A DNA stretch of 64,000 nt from Camelus ferus. Taxonomy: Eukaryota. The stretch is from positions 79,424,001-79,488,000 of the forward strand of contig NC_045697.1 in the NCBI RefSeq assembly GCF_009834535.1. The letters run 5' to 3'. The notes below the pieces were generated by a model. That model was not told the DNA's origin. It ran no database searches and was given only the letters and a program-made list of their open reading frames with translations. Positions 12,791 through 25,865 of the stretch are shown here, piece by piece; the first letter of the stretch is position 1; the number at the start of each line of letters is the position of its first letter. Both the position numbers and the translations under genes were made by a program.

Positions 12791-13664
12791 TGTTTTGATT
12801 TTTTTTTAAAAACCTATCAAGTGCTTACTATGTACCAGGCATATTGCTTTAAATGTATCAAGTAAAGAGAGAGATTGATTTGTCTTTTTACGGAAGCACG
12901 TATGCCTGAGTCCTGAGTAAAAATTTTAAGTATGGGAAGAGAATGAGCCCACAGAAAATACTTAGAAGTGGTCAGTAAATAACATCAAGAGAGTGTGTTG
13001 TCACAGAAATCTAATGAACAAGAGGTGTTATGAAAAATTGAGGAAAAAGGATGTTAAATAAGGTCATGAGAACTGATAAGAGAACAATAAAATTTGGCAG
13101 TTGGAGATAATGGTGGGAAAAGAAACCCACAGAGAAGGATCACCACACCTAGTAGAGTCAAAGATTATCCTAGTAAATAATTCTCCCAAGGGTGACAGAA
13201 TCATATGATAAAATAACAGATTCAAGGAAAATCCAAAAATAGAAGAGAATTCTATACATAATTTCAGAAACTGGCAGCTCTTCTAAAATGGTATGTCAAT
13301 TCTATATGTACCATTTCACTGTGAGCATTACAGTATTAGAAATATATTTTAACAGGTTATTTTTTTCTGTATAGCTAAACTCTTACTATCTACAAAGAAA
13401 AAATGTGCCAAAATTCCTGACAAGCTTCTAAAGAAAGAAAATCTAATTCAAAAATAAAAAAAATCAATATATATGAAATAGTATTAACTGAAATTTTGTA
13501 ATTCAAGTTAATCATTGTGATGTGGGAATCATTTGACAACTGTTTTCACATCATGTCAGTTTATGGACATATCTAAGATTTTATCATCCACAGAGTTTTT
13601 TTTAATATTCAGTCAAAAGGCAAGAACCCCTCTTGGGCTCTGCAGTCAACTGCTTTGCACTTAC

Positions 13665-13745
13665 TTTGTTTCCTAAGTGAGTGATCTTTAGAATTCCGTC
13701 TTGCCACACTTTTGACTTCTTCATCTTTTGATGAGTATATAGTAC
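13665..13745 (-). CDS. ZGRF1: ZGRF1 coding exon (exon 3), VLYTHQKMKKSKVWQDGILKITHLGNK
   Basis: AAG|GTA acceptor, AAA|GTAAGT donor, 81 nt; LYTHQKMKKSKVWQDG is the DUF2439 signature of ZGRF1. Confidence 0.95.
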
Positions 13746-14039
13746 CTTATTTCCAAAAATACAAAGGAAAGAAATGGTTTCCATTTATAGGTATTAAATG
13801 TTACATATTTTTATACTCTTCCTACATACAAAACATATTTAAGATCTCTTTTATCAAAATAAAAGCACAGATATCATAACAGTAACAACAAAACATCAAT
13901 GGGGGAAAAAAAAAAACCAGGTAGTAAAAGGCAAGGGAGGGGGAAAAGAGAGGTAAAACCTAAGGAAGAAACTGAAAAGTTAACTGACAAACAAAATAAT
14001 TTTGAGCTTCCTAGTCACTGGTGGGATGGGAAAAACTGT

Positions 14040-14570
14040 ACAGTTCTCAAGGTCCAGGATTCCAGAGACTCCTAGAGGTGTCCCCCTCAAGAGTTTTTTC
14101 AGAGTTCTGTGAATTCAAAACTATTTTCATGATGTCATTTGCCTTTTAATCTCAGTTCCTTGGTCATGCTTGGTGGAGGCTCCCATGGTTAAACACGTGC
14201 AATACTGCAAGATTCAATTTCAGATTAAATGCAGAAGCAGATTGGAGAATCTAGCTGTCTTCTATTAAGTCAAATGTTAAAGAGATTTGGCAAAAATGTA
14301 CAGCAATGCTACTCTTTACAATATGCTTTTTTCTGTTGTTACTATTTTTGAACAATAAACTTTTCATTACAAAATATAATTTATGTTAAATGTAACGGGT
14401 TTACTATTTTTTAGTGAATTAATAAACATTTTTAAAACTTCCATTATAATTTCTAATATGAAAGACAGCAATAGATATAGCCCCATAATCAAAAATTCTT
14501 TGGGATCCTCAATAATTTTAATTTAAGAGTATGAAAGGGTCCTAAGATCAAACAGGGTAAGGACCACTAA
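14040..14570. mobile_element. hAT-Charlie-like DNA transposon remnant
   Basis: CAGTTCTCAAGG and TAAGGACCACT termini; internal Charlie-like motifs; family unverified. Confidence 0.45.
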
Positions 14571-14898
14571 TCTACATAGAAGAGGCATGCCAGTTCTTCA
14601 AGAGAAAGAAGTCCCAAGCTTCCAAAGAATTTGTTCCAAAGGACTTTGTATAACCAAGATGAACAGCAGGCAAAATACAGGGTTGCCACATAGAATATAG
14701 GACAATATTTGAGACATACACAGTTATACTAAAAAATTACTCACTGTTTATATGACATTCAAGTTTAACTGAGTGTGCTGCTTTTAAGTCTTGGGTTTGT
14801 TGTTTTGTTTTGTTTTGTTTTGCTAAATCTAGAAAAATATTTGTGAATTGTGGAAGGAAGAAAGAAAAAAGGAAACAGTGAAAACTGGTAAGACTTAC

Positions 14899-14919
14899 AA
14901 TAAATTCTTGGTGTTCCAT
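14899..14919 (-). CDS. ZGRF1: ZGRF1 start-codon exon (exon 2, coding part MEHQEFI; the exon extends to an acceptor at 14988)
   Basis: ATG at 14919, ATT|GTAAGT donor at 14898, TTTTAG|GTG acceptor at 14989-14990; human protein begins MESQEFI as I recall. Confidence 0.92.
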
Positions 14920-15629
14920 TGTTCCTTCTGAAATTATATATAGTCAGATCCAGAAAATTATCAGTGGTTATTCAACTATTTATACCACCTAAAATCAAAA
15001 ATGACAAAGAATATTCAATCCTAATGAAAAGATTAAATATCAAATACAATTTTTCCCCAAAAACTCTTGACCAGAGTGAGGAATCTAAGCGTTCCGAGAC
15101 TATGTAACTATCAAGGTAAACACAGGTATAATCAAATTATCTGTCACTGAGGACACAATAGAATAGTTGACACCACACTGTGGGAAAAGAATTTGTCAAG
15201 TAAAGAGAAAAGTACAATATATAAAATAATTAGCAGACTGCAAACCCTTTGTTCAGATGCCATAATATGTATCAGAAAATATGATTTCTCCCCTCTTCCC
15301 CCTTGCTTGGTTCCTTACAGAAAGAGCTTCAATTTTAAACATTTTTCTGAATTGCTTCAGTCACCACAAGATGGCCCACTTGCATTTCAAATTTTTCCTT
15401 TTACATCATGAAGTTAACACAACACAGTATCTAAGACCAATTATACATTATAATACCTCTCCAAGGAAAAACCTTTTCAATATCATTGCAGTGAGTACTG
15501 TAGTTATCTTACGCTATTGGATAAAATTGTTTTTGTAGGCAAATTTGGAAATCTAAAATCACTGACAGTGAATTGAAAAATGGAGATGCCAAAGAAAATT
15601 ATTTTTTTTTTCCCCTAAACTACTGCCCT

Positions 15630-15795
15630 TGATCCCTGGGACAACAGCATTAGCATCAGCTGGGAACTAGTTAGAAATTCAAATTCTTGGGTCCCAACCC
15701 TGACCTACTAAATCAGAAAATCTGGGGTTGGGTCCCAGCAGCCTATGATTTAACAAGTCCTGCAAGTTATAGTGATACATGCTCAAGTTTGAAAT
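15630..15795. mobile_element. MER5A-like DNA transposon
   Basis: CAGCATTAGCATCAGCTGGGAACTAGTTAGAAATTCAAATTCTTGGG...AATCAGAAAATCTGGGGTTGGG matches MER5A pattern. Confidence 0.7.
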
Positions 15796-18169
15796 CTGGG
15801 GTGGGTTGCAGGGGAGGTGTGCAAGGGTGTCAATAAAGCTATAGTTTGTAATTCTGGGTTAAATTACTCCTTTATACATATAAAACATATAAAAAAGGCC
15901 ACCTACATATTATTTGTAAATTACATATATTTAGTACTTACTGTGTGTAGACATTGTGTTAGGCTGAGATACTAAAATGAACAAAAATACTGTTCCTTGT
16001 CTCAAGGAATTTTCAGTAGAGTAGGGTGACAAACAGTAATTGCAATTAAATAAGGCAAGAGGGGCACCCAACATGGTCTAGGCCATCAAGCTAGGCTTCC
16101 TGAAAGCCATGTCTAAGCTGTTAATTGAAATAACCATTAATCAAGGAAAAATGCCAGGGAAGATAATTCCAGATAGGAATTAACATGTACAAAGGCCTGT
16201 GGAAAAGAGCAAGGCATAATTAAGGAACTCTAAGGAGTACAATCAAGTGTAAGATAGTGAGTTGTGAGAGATAAGACTGAAAACATGAGCAATAACAGGA
16301 TTCAGAGGGACTTCTCTTTTATGCTAAGTCATTCGGACTTTCTATAAAGACAGTATGAAGCTAAGGCAGGATTTTAAGAATAAGATTATACAATCTGACA
16401 TGGGTTTTACAGAGATTGCTCTGGCTGCTGAATGGAGAAAGGAGAGGGAAAGGGGGAGGCAAGTGAGATATGAATACTTGTCCCACGACAAAGTTCACAG
16501 GTAGGGACACTGCCTTTTAGAAATGTAACACCCATATCCTGTATCCCTCCCCTCCAGCCCACAGGATTGCTAGATGTCTAATGAACCCCAAGAAGATAAC
16601 AGAGAGGTCCAGGAAAACATATCACTCACTGCTGCTTTTACAGCAACTTGCTTCTGGCCACTGAATGGGTTAGATATTCTATATATGTAGATGAGACTAC
16701 ATGGTGTTAACACAGTGCTTGGCATGTGGCAATTATTAACATCAGATCTCTTTAATAACAGCTATTACTTCTTCAGTGCAATTATACACTAGACACTATT
16801 AAAATGCTTTCAATGTTCACACCTTATGGTATAGATACTATTTTTTATATTCAATTTACAAAAAAGGAAACTGAGGTGCATAATAGGTAAATTTGCCTGA
16901 GAGTATAGAGTAAATAAATGACAGATTCAGAATTCAAAACTAAGCAGTCTAAATTCTGTGCTTATATTCACAAAAACAACATTATGTGACTATTGAATAC
17001 CTACTGTGTCAGGCAAAAATTGGAGTAGATCTTTTACATATATTTATCAGCTTCATAATCCTAAAAAGTAGTTATTACCATCACAATTTACAGATTAGGA
17101 ATCCAGTATTTACTAATTTAGAATCACTTAGATGCTATTTAGGAACTGCAAAATAAATTCCATTGTTTTCCTAAGTCAGAAATATTACTTGTAGTATTTA
17201 CAATTTAAAAGGAACTGAGAAGGTCCAAACTCTCATAACTGGTAAATTAGACTGCAACGTTAAACCTCAAAAGAAAAGGCTAACTGGATCTTAAAATATT
17301 TAGATGAGCCCTTATTCCCAAAGGAGAGTCAACACCCTTTCCTTAACCATTGAACAGAAAAAATGTTTTTAGCATCATATATTTAAGTGAGGTGCAAATA
17401 TAAAAAGCTTTCTGAAAGTCTTAATCTACCCACATCTGTAAAAATTTATGTGTTGATCCACCGCTAACGAGTAAAAGCTTAATGTGCATATTAAGTCTTT
17501 GGCGTGGAGACCCCAGATGTTCTTTAATAATTACATACATTCAGAAATACATACGTATCTTCACACAAATACATACACATACATTATTGTGTTTTATACA
17601 CTTGTGTATAAAATTCAATGTTATCACTAAAATATGAGCTATTATTCTGCTAAGTACTACGAGATGTTTTTGGTCCTCCTGTTTTGGAACAAGAAGGACC
17701 TTTCGAATCCCTAAATGGTTCACAGATTTAAAAGCTTAAGAGTCACGAACCCCAAAGCCTGTTAAGAAACCATCCAGTCCAACTAACTAACCAAAAGAAG
17801 CCCACATCTTATTTGCCTACATTCTAATTACCATGATTCTGTGTAACCAAATGACAATGGAGAATTGACTCTTTGTCAGTCCTAAAAACAAACAGCAAAA
17901 CTATCTCTGGTTTTCACACGGGAATTGCAAAGCTGGGGAAGGCGGTGAAGACGAGACGCCAATAATTACAGGGAGTCGGAACAAGCTGTGACCGAATCGG
18001 GGTTCCACACAGCACCCTTACCGGTCCTCTTCTGAGGGAGCAAATTCCTTTGTCGCGTCACGCCAAATCGGCGACACCGCTTCTAGCCCAAACCCCTGGC
18101 CTATCCACCCTCACTCCCCGGAAACCCCGGGAAAAAGCTCACTTCACCCGTCTATTACGCAAAACTCAC

Positions 18170-18260
18170 CCTCGAATTTCTCCCGCGAAGTCTGCAACGT
18201 CATCGAATCGCGACCACACCAGATCAAGACCCGACGTTTAGCCCGCCCGCCAAGGCCCCG
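18170..18260 (-). other. ZGRF1: Probable ZGRF1 non-coding exon 1 (5' end approximate)
   Basis: Strong donor GG|GTGAGT at 18169-18164 within the CpG island; alternative donors GTGAGC at 18142 and GTAAGG at 18021. Confidence 0.5.
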
Positions 18261-18439
18261 GGCGGAACTGCCTTTTCTAAACCGCCAATCAAATTCCTCA
18301 CTGGCTGCGAGCTTCCTGCGCGGCCGCGTTCTCCAATGCCCCGCCCTACACTCCGAGCCAGCCCACTCCCGTGACGTAAACGACGGACGCACAGCCTCTG
18401 GGCCTTCCTTTCCAAGGCGTATCGGAGAGGGGTGTCGCT

Positions 18440-18537
18440 CATCCTATGACGCGGAAACAAAGACGACTATAAGGATCAGGAGACGGGAAGCACTGAAGGA
18501 CGCAGTCTCTGGCCCTGTATTTTGGGAATTGAACGGA
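18440..18537 (+). other. LARP7: LARP7 non-coding exon 1 (5' end approximate)
   Basis: GAACGGA|GTAAGT donor at 18538; splices to the acceptor 2 nt before the ATG. Confidence 0.7.
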
Positions 18538-21383
18538 GTAAGTTCCAAGTGGACTGTACGGTCGCCCAGGTTGGGTGAGGTCTAAATTCCTCTCAGTCCT
18601 TTTTCATGTAGTCCATTCTATCATCTATCGTCCCTCTCACCCCGTCCCCTCCCACGAACCCATCAGTTCGCTGGTCCTGGTTCTCTGTGCGCAAGCGCAA
18701 AAGTCCTCTGGCAGCCCTTGTAGTTCCAATTGTCAGTGATTGGGGGCGCGTGTTGTCAGGTATTGGAAGATTTGGGGCCGGTCCCGCTTTTGGAGGCTTC
18801 CGCGTGGAAGGACGGGTACAGAGAGGGGCACTAGTCAAAGGGGAAAATGCTTTACTTGGGAAATTTTTGAGTTTTGGTGGCCAAAGGAAAGCTTATGTGA
18901 GGATTTGTATTTTAAATTTAAGTCATTTTCTTTTTTCAGGACTTTAGTCCTTGTCATTCACAGAGTTGAAAATTCAGTTATGGGAGGAAGCTAGCGAAAA
19001 ATAAGCGTTAAATACCGTATACTGAATGCGTTAATAGACCTACTTAAGGGAAAACGGATGGGGAGGCAGTTGATGAGGGGAGATGTGATAGTGGAAAGCT
19101 ACAGAGAGTAAGATGCCTTTTAACCTGGGTTTTGAAAATTGAATAGGCGTTTATAAGGCAGGTAAGACGAGAAGACTCACTTAAAGCAAAGGCGCAGAGA
19201 CAGGAAAGTGGGTACCGCAGAATAGTCAACTGTGACTGGAACAATGGTTCTTAACCCTTTGGGAACACCATTTCCTTTTAAAACATGAAAAGCTATGGAT
19301 GAAACTCCAGGAAAATGCATGCACATGTTAAAACATTTTGCTATAATTTTTTTTTTTTGAAAAATTGTGAAAGACGTTGAAATGGCCAAGAAAAAATATC
19401 TACTGGATGTCTTACCTAGCTTACTCTCCCAGGTTATCTCAGACTTCCACTGTCTTGAGCTATTTTACAATTGTGGAAGTTGTAGAAAACAATAATAATG
19501 GAAACTAATCTTGCAATTATTGCCCAGATTGTGATTGCATCTATTAACAAATTTATTTCAACATTCCTGATTGCTTGTATTTGTGTGTGTCTAGTTTTTG
19601 AATTCTTCTTTGAACTGGTTTCTAACGCTTAACTAGTTCCCTGGTTAATTGCTTAAATTAAAATCTCCGACGTGTTCATTTTATATTTGTACAAAAGTCA
19701 TGGTTTTATCTTTCCTTAAAATTTATCTTTTAAAAATTTCATAGAATTCACAAGAATTCTTAAAACTCACCCCAAATTCCATGGGCTTCAGGTTAAGAAT
19801 TCCTGAGTCAGAACACAGACTGCATGGTGACAGGTTGCAGGAGATTTTACTAAAAGATGGTCAATGTGGTAGTCAAACATACCTGAACTTACTTACCCAG
19901 CTAGCTTTAGACAAGCCACTTAACCTTTGAGCCTTTGTTAAAAGAAACAACCTAGAAGGATTTTGAGGATTTAAAACAATGTATGTAAAGTAACTGGCAT
20001 TGTTACACAGTAACTTTTATTTTTTGTTTAAAGCTCCTGAAGCCAGTGGTTCATTTAACAATTTAAAAAAAAACAAACAAACAGATATTATGTTACAAAA
20101 AAGGTGCTAAGGAATTTCTAACGTTGAAAGTTTTGACATCAGAGTCACAAAATTTTGTGTTTTAGACAGGTTACACAGCTTATGTGAAGGATGGATGATT
20201 CTAGAACAGTTTATAAACTAGGTTTCCATATTATAGTGACTGTAGTTGTGGAAAACACTGGATAGAGATAAGAGTCATTCCAAAGTTTGAAATGATAGGA
20301 CTTAATGACAGATTGGTAAATGATAAAATGATAAATAATAATGGTTATGTATTATTGAGTGTGTGCTATATAACAGGAATGAAAATTGTTTTATATACAT
20401 TATTTTGATTAATTCTTAAAACAATTCTATTATGTGGGTATAATTTCTGTTCGTATTTTATAGACCATGGAAAGATGAGGTAACTTGTTCAAAATCCATA
20501 CAGCTAGTAAATAGCTTGATTCGTTAACTAAGTGGAATATGTCAGCCTTGATAAAATGAGGATGATGAGTAGAACAGACATGGGTAGGAAAGATAATGAG
20601 TTTGATTTGGAGCGTATGGATTGACAACACACGTTTATTCTCATGGGACACTGAGAAAGTAAACCTTGAAGATCAAAATTGTAACAAAAGTACTGCCATA
20701 TAACTTCCTGATTTTCCTCAACCATTGTGTAGGGAAGCAAATTTGTACCATGGCTTGTTATTTGCTGCTTAATCCATATCTTACTCTAAAATGATTATCT
20801 ACAGAATATATTTTTAAGATCAAAAATTGCAGAAAAGTTATTATTCAAACTCGACAAGGTGTTCTGAACTTAATTCTCCAACCCACAGAAAATCCTTAGA
20901 AGAAAAGAAGGAGAGTATCTGAGATATGAGAATGATGGGAAACGTCTGACATCTGGGAGACTTGGGACTTTCTGTGCAGTTCTGTCCACTATTTCCTTAA
21001 ATAGTGGCTTTAACAGTGAAAGAATTAAAGAGCTGGTAGTCTGCCCTTTATAATTTGTAGTTTTTCCAGAAGGGAAGGGTAGCAGTGGATCCTGCTGTAG
21101 TGACAGTCATAGCCTACATTTGTAGTTTGTAATTCTGTAGTCCTACCCCTTTACAAAATAACTTGAAATGCTTAACACTTTACAGTTTATTAGATCCTTT
21201 TAGATATATTATGTAACTATTCAATAAATGCTGAAGTTGTGGTCACCCTGAAGTCCTACCTTCATAGTGTTTATATTCTAGTGGGGCAGACAAGAAAACT
21301 ATATTTCCAGGTGGGATAAGAGGACACAAGTATAGGAAGTGGGGACTGAGAGGGCAGGGAGGGTTAAGGTTGACCGGGAGGGA

Positions 21384-21534
21384 ATTTTATTTTTATTTAT
21401 TTATTTGGGGTGGGTAATTAGGTTTATTTTTTATTTTATTTTATTTAGTTTTTTGATGGAGATACTGGGAATTTAACTCAGGACCTCATGCATGCTAAGC
21501 ATGTGCTCTACCACTTGAGCTGTACCCTACCCCC
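21384..21534 (-). mobile_element. vic-1-type SINE
   Basis: Reverse complement of the shared SINE head and tail. Confidence 0.85.
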
Positions 21535-21549
21535 AACTCCGTGGGTGAA

Positions 21550-22480
21550 AGAGAAAGCCTAATTTTGAGAAAGTAGCATTTGTAGAGACCTGACTGAACA
21601 GAAAGTAATCCCTACAGGTGTGGCAGGCAGGCTAGAGAGCAGCAAGACCAAAAGCCTTGAGATGGAAATGGCCTTAGCATGTTTAAGGAACAGAAGGATG
21701 GTGTGCTGTGGTTGGAATGAGCACTCTGGAAGAAACTGTGAGTGATGAAGTTAGAGCAAGAGCCCCAGGCCAGATCGAATAGGGCCTATTGGCCATAGTA
21801 AGGATTTTGGATTTTATTCTGAGTATAATAAGAAAACCGTGGAGGGTTTTGTTCAAGAGATGGACATGATTTTAGCTGCACATTTGAATGATCATTCTGG
21901 CTGTTATCTGGAGAACTGATGATAGTGGAAGAGGAGTAGAAGCAGGCAAATGTTAGGATGCCTTTGCATAAGTTCAGGCAAGGCACCGTGGTAGCTTGCA
22001 ACTGGTGGTTGCGATGGAAGAAATAACAAGTATTCACATTCAGGATATATTTTGTAAAGGTAGAGTTGACCAAAATGCTAATGAATTGGCTGTGGGGTGT
22101 AAGGAAAGAAGAATTAAGGAGGATTTCATTATTTTTTACCCTGCCAACAATTTTGTCACTGGTGTTTTCTGAGATGGGGAAAACTAGACAAAAAATAGGT
22201 TTGTTAAAACTTGAGAGTTCAATTTTTGCCATTTAAGTTTAAGATATACTTTTTTTTTTCCTAAGGGGAAGAGGTAACTAGGTTTATTTAAGCTTGAGAT
22301 ATACTTTAGATAAACAAGTGAAGGCATCAAATGGGTAGTTGAATGTTGGAATGGGTAGCTAAATGGGAAAGGTTAGGGCTGGAGAATATTATCAGCATAG
22401 AGCCAGGGAGCTTAGAGCCAGAGACCCTCAGAAAGGATGCCTGTTCACGTAAGAAGGGAACCCAGGAGAGAGAAAAAAAG
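21550..22480 (-). mobile_element. L2 fragment (contains a truncated SINE at 22253-22285)
   Basis: L2-typical GGATTTTATTCTGAGT...GATCATTCTGGCTG...GAGTTCAATTTT motifs. Confidence 0.65.
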
Positions 22481-24339
22481 GGAGCCCAGGACTGAATTCA
22501 GCCCTAGGCAGTAGGTAAAGGGAGAGCAGAGTGGGAGGGTCCAGAAAAGGGAACGGAGAAGGAAGAAAACTCTCCAGGAAGCCAAATGAGGAAAATGTTC
22601 ATTGAGGGAGTTACCCTGTGAATGGTGCTCAGAGGTCAAGCAGACAGTGGAGGTCAAGCAGACAGTGGAGATCATTGTTTTCATTTTCATTAGCATGATG
22701 GGAAGTGAGAGTGTGAGGTGTGGAATGTGGTTATGTAGCACTAAATCACACCTGATTGTTTTTAATAATTAATTCTGACAAGTACCTCCATCTTATGAGT
22801 TATGCTGGCATCATCTAAATACTTCATGACTTGTATATTTTTAAAATTGGTGCTTGGCTGATTGACAAAAGCCTGTTTCTAAAATGCCAAAATATTCTGT
22901 TAATTTTGGTGAGAATTCATGTTTAGTTGGAGATTTGAAATGTATTTAGTGGCTTTGTACCCTCTTAATGGATGTCACCTTGAAACACATTATTCTGTTT
23001 CTGTCTGCAGCCGATTCTCGCTGACAGACTTAGGAGACACAAATAGGCTTTAATCTAATATTTTCACTGAATTTTTAAGAGTACGAAGCAGAAGATACAG
23101 TGAGGACAGAATCTCCATCTGATCTGGAGGCCCAGCCCCAGCAATTAACCCAAACCTACTACTTTTTTCACCCTTTATCTGCAAGACATGTATGGCTTCC
23201 ACAGATAAAGGCAAAGGTGTTTTGGGTCACCTTAATATGTAAAAGCTTTAGCCCCTTTTGCCCACCAACCTATTATGTCATTCTGGTCACAGGCCTAAAG
23301 GCCTGCATACCAACTTATAGCAGCTCCATCCCCAGTGCCTCAGAGGAGACAGATAAAACTCTCTCCACTTGGCTTAACTGTTTCTAAGAAAACCATGTTA
23401 TAGAAGACAGAGGTTTATTCTTAGGCAAGCCTGCACTGCATTATCATCCCAGGCCTGAGGTTAAGGTTCCCTCGTATACATTTTTGTGTATGTATCTTTA
23501 GTGATTCAGTTAAGATGACACAATTCATTCAACAAATCTTTTGAGTAGATACGTATCAGGGACTAGGGATGCATCACTAAGCAAAACGGACAAAAATCTG
23601 ATTTCATCAGTCTTATTTTCTAGGAAGGATAAAGAATAAACATATTTTATAGTAATCTTAGAAGGTTAAGTGCAATGCAGAAAAATAAGGCAGGGGAGAT
23701 AAGAGTTATCTGTCTAGAAATGATTTTAAGACTTCAGCAAGCAAGGGAGCAAGCGATGTTGTTATCTGGGGGTTCAAAAGCCCTCAGTTGAGTTTGCCAG
23801 CCGAGTTTTACCCACAGCTAGAAGACCAGTATGGCTAGAGCTGAGGGAGCATGCAAAGTAACTTGAACAAGGAGATTGAGAATTGCTGTCCAAGAAATAA
23901 ACACGGACAGGAAGTTCATCTTAAAAAGATAGTTTCTGTTTACTAGTGGTCAGCTGCAGAACATTTTAAAAAAGAATCAACTTTATTTTTATTTCATTGG
24001 AGGTTTTATTTTAAAATATGAATAACTTTGTGATTTGGTGAAATCTCTTCCTTAATTTTATACCTTGACTTACAGGTGTAGCTTGGTGAGATATAAATGT
24101 AGACAAATTATGCCAAAATAATCTGACCCTGCAGTTTTAAGACATTAAGACAAGTTGTAAGTTATGAAAAGTTAAAAAGTAAAAAGCAAAAGGCCAAATG
24201 AGAACTGAATGATTAAAAAGAGGCCAATGAAAGTTTCCTTGGCTGATTAGCAAAAATCTCTCTGGCAGCCAAACTTGAGTCTGCTTACTTCAAACAAGGG
24301 CCAATTTTTTTATATTACTAATTATCTGCAGTGTTTTAA

Positions 24340-24657
<318 letters not shown>

Positions 24658-24985
24658 TGATATATACACAAATTACAGTGCAATGCAGTTATACAGTGTA
24701 TTTTTATAATGTAATGTGTATAATTTTGCCTAATAAACTAAGTGTAGCTCACTTCTTAAAATTGAACTCTAGCAATTTAAAAGCAGTTTTTCCCCAAATC
24801 ATTCAAAAGATACACTTTAATAAAATGTTTACCATGTATATTTGAGAATGGGTAGGCATGTGCAGAATTCAGACATTTTAACTAGTCTGAATCCCAAAAC
24901 ACCTTTGACTAGTTGGGAGTTGTGTGTCAAATTTGTCTTAAGATTTAATTAAAATGAATTTAATTACATTAACTTATAGCCATGA

Positions 24986-25207
<222 letters not shown>

Positions 25208-25240
25208 TAGTGTATTAACCTTATATATCCCGTTTTAAAG

Positions 25241-25324
25241 CTGGATTTAGAAGGCACCAGAATCAGGAGAAAAAAGCCTCTGGGTGAAAGACCAAAGGAT
25301 GAAGATGAGCGAACCGTATATGTG
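25241..25324 (+). CDS. LARP7: LARP7 exon 4 ([28 protein letters not shown])
   Basis: TTTTAAAG| acceptor, GTG|GTAAGA donor, 84 nt. Confidence 0.96.
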
Positions 25325-25444
25325 GTAAGACTTTTCTGGAAAAGCTCAGAACTGTCATCCCCAAACAGAAACATTTAATATTTAATATTCAAGAAAAAAT
25401 TTATTCATCTTCTGAGTTAAGCTTTAATATTTTATTCATCATAG

Positions 25445-25609
25445 GAGTTACTTCCCAAAAATGTTAATCACAGCTGGATTGAAAGAGTATTTGGGAAATG
25501 TGGCAATGTTGTTTACATAAGTATACCACATTATAAGTCTACTGGAGATCCAAAAGGATTTGCCTTTGTGGAATTTGAAACAAAAGAACAAGCAGCAAAA
25601 GCTATTGAG
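25445..25609 (+). CDS. LARP7: LARP7 exon 5, RRM1 ([20 protein letters not shown]...[19 protein letters not shown])
   Basis: ATAG|GAG acceptor, GAG|GTAGGT donor, 165 nt; RNP1 motif KGFAFVEF. Confidence 0.97.
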
Positions 25610-25687
25610 GTAGGTCCAGAACCTAGAAGAAAAAGAAAAATTACCAAGTGTTTAAATAGTAACACAATTTTGCCTGTTTCATTTCAG

Positions 25688-25781
25688 TTTCTTAATAACC
25701 CACCAGAAGAAGCACCAAGGAAACCTGGTATATTTCCTAAGACAGTAAAAAATAAGCCCATTCCTGCCCTTAGAGTAGCCG
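25688..25781 (+). CDS. LARP7: LARP7 exon 6 ([31 protein letters not shown])
   Basis: TTTCAG| acceptor, CCG|GTGAGT donor, 94 nt. Confidence 0.96.
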
Positions 25782-25865
25782 GTGAGTTATTTATTATTAC
25801 TATTTAACTAGTCGTAGTTGAAGTAAATTGATAATAAAGTAAATAAGATGATAAAATTGTTACAG

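Larger units (their letters stand above)
17930..18820. promoter_or_regulatory. CpG-island bidirectional promoter shared by ZGRF1 and LARP7
   Basis: The only CpG-dense stretch in an AT-rich window; CCAAT boxes at 18285 and 18333, GC box CCCCGCCC at 18339, CRE-like TGACGTAA at 18372, half-CREs at 18198 and 18447; divergent first-exon donors at 18169 (-) and 18538 (+). Confidence 0.88.

Noticed and set aside
18050..18994. Several Arg/Gly/Pro-rich ORFs
   Set aside because: Expected from stop-codon depletion in a CpG island; no coherent exon chain
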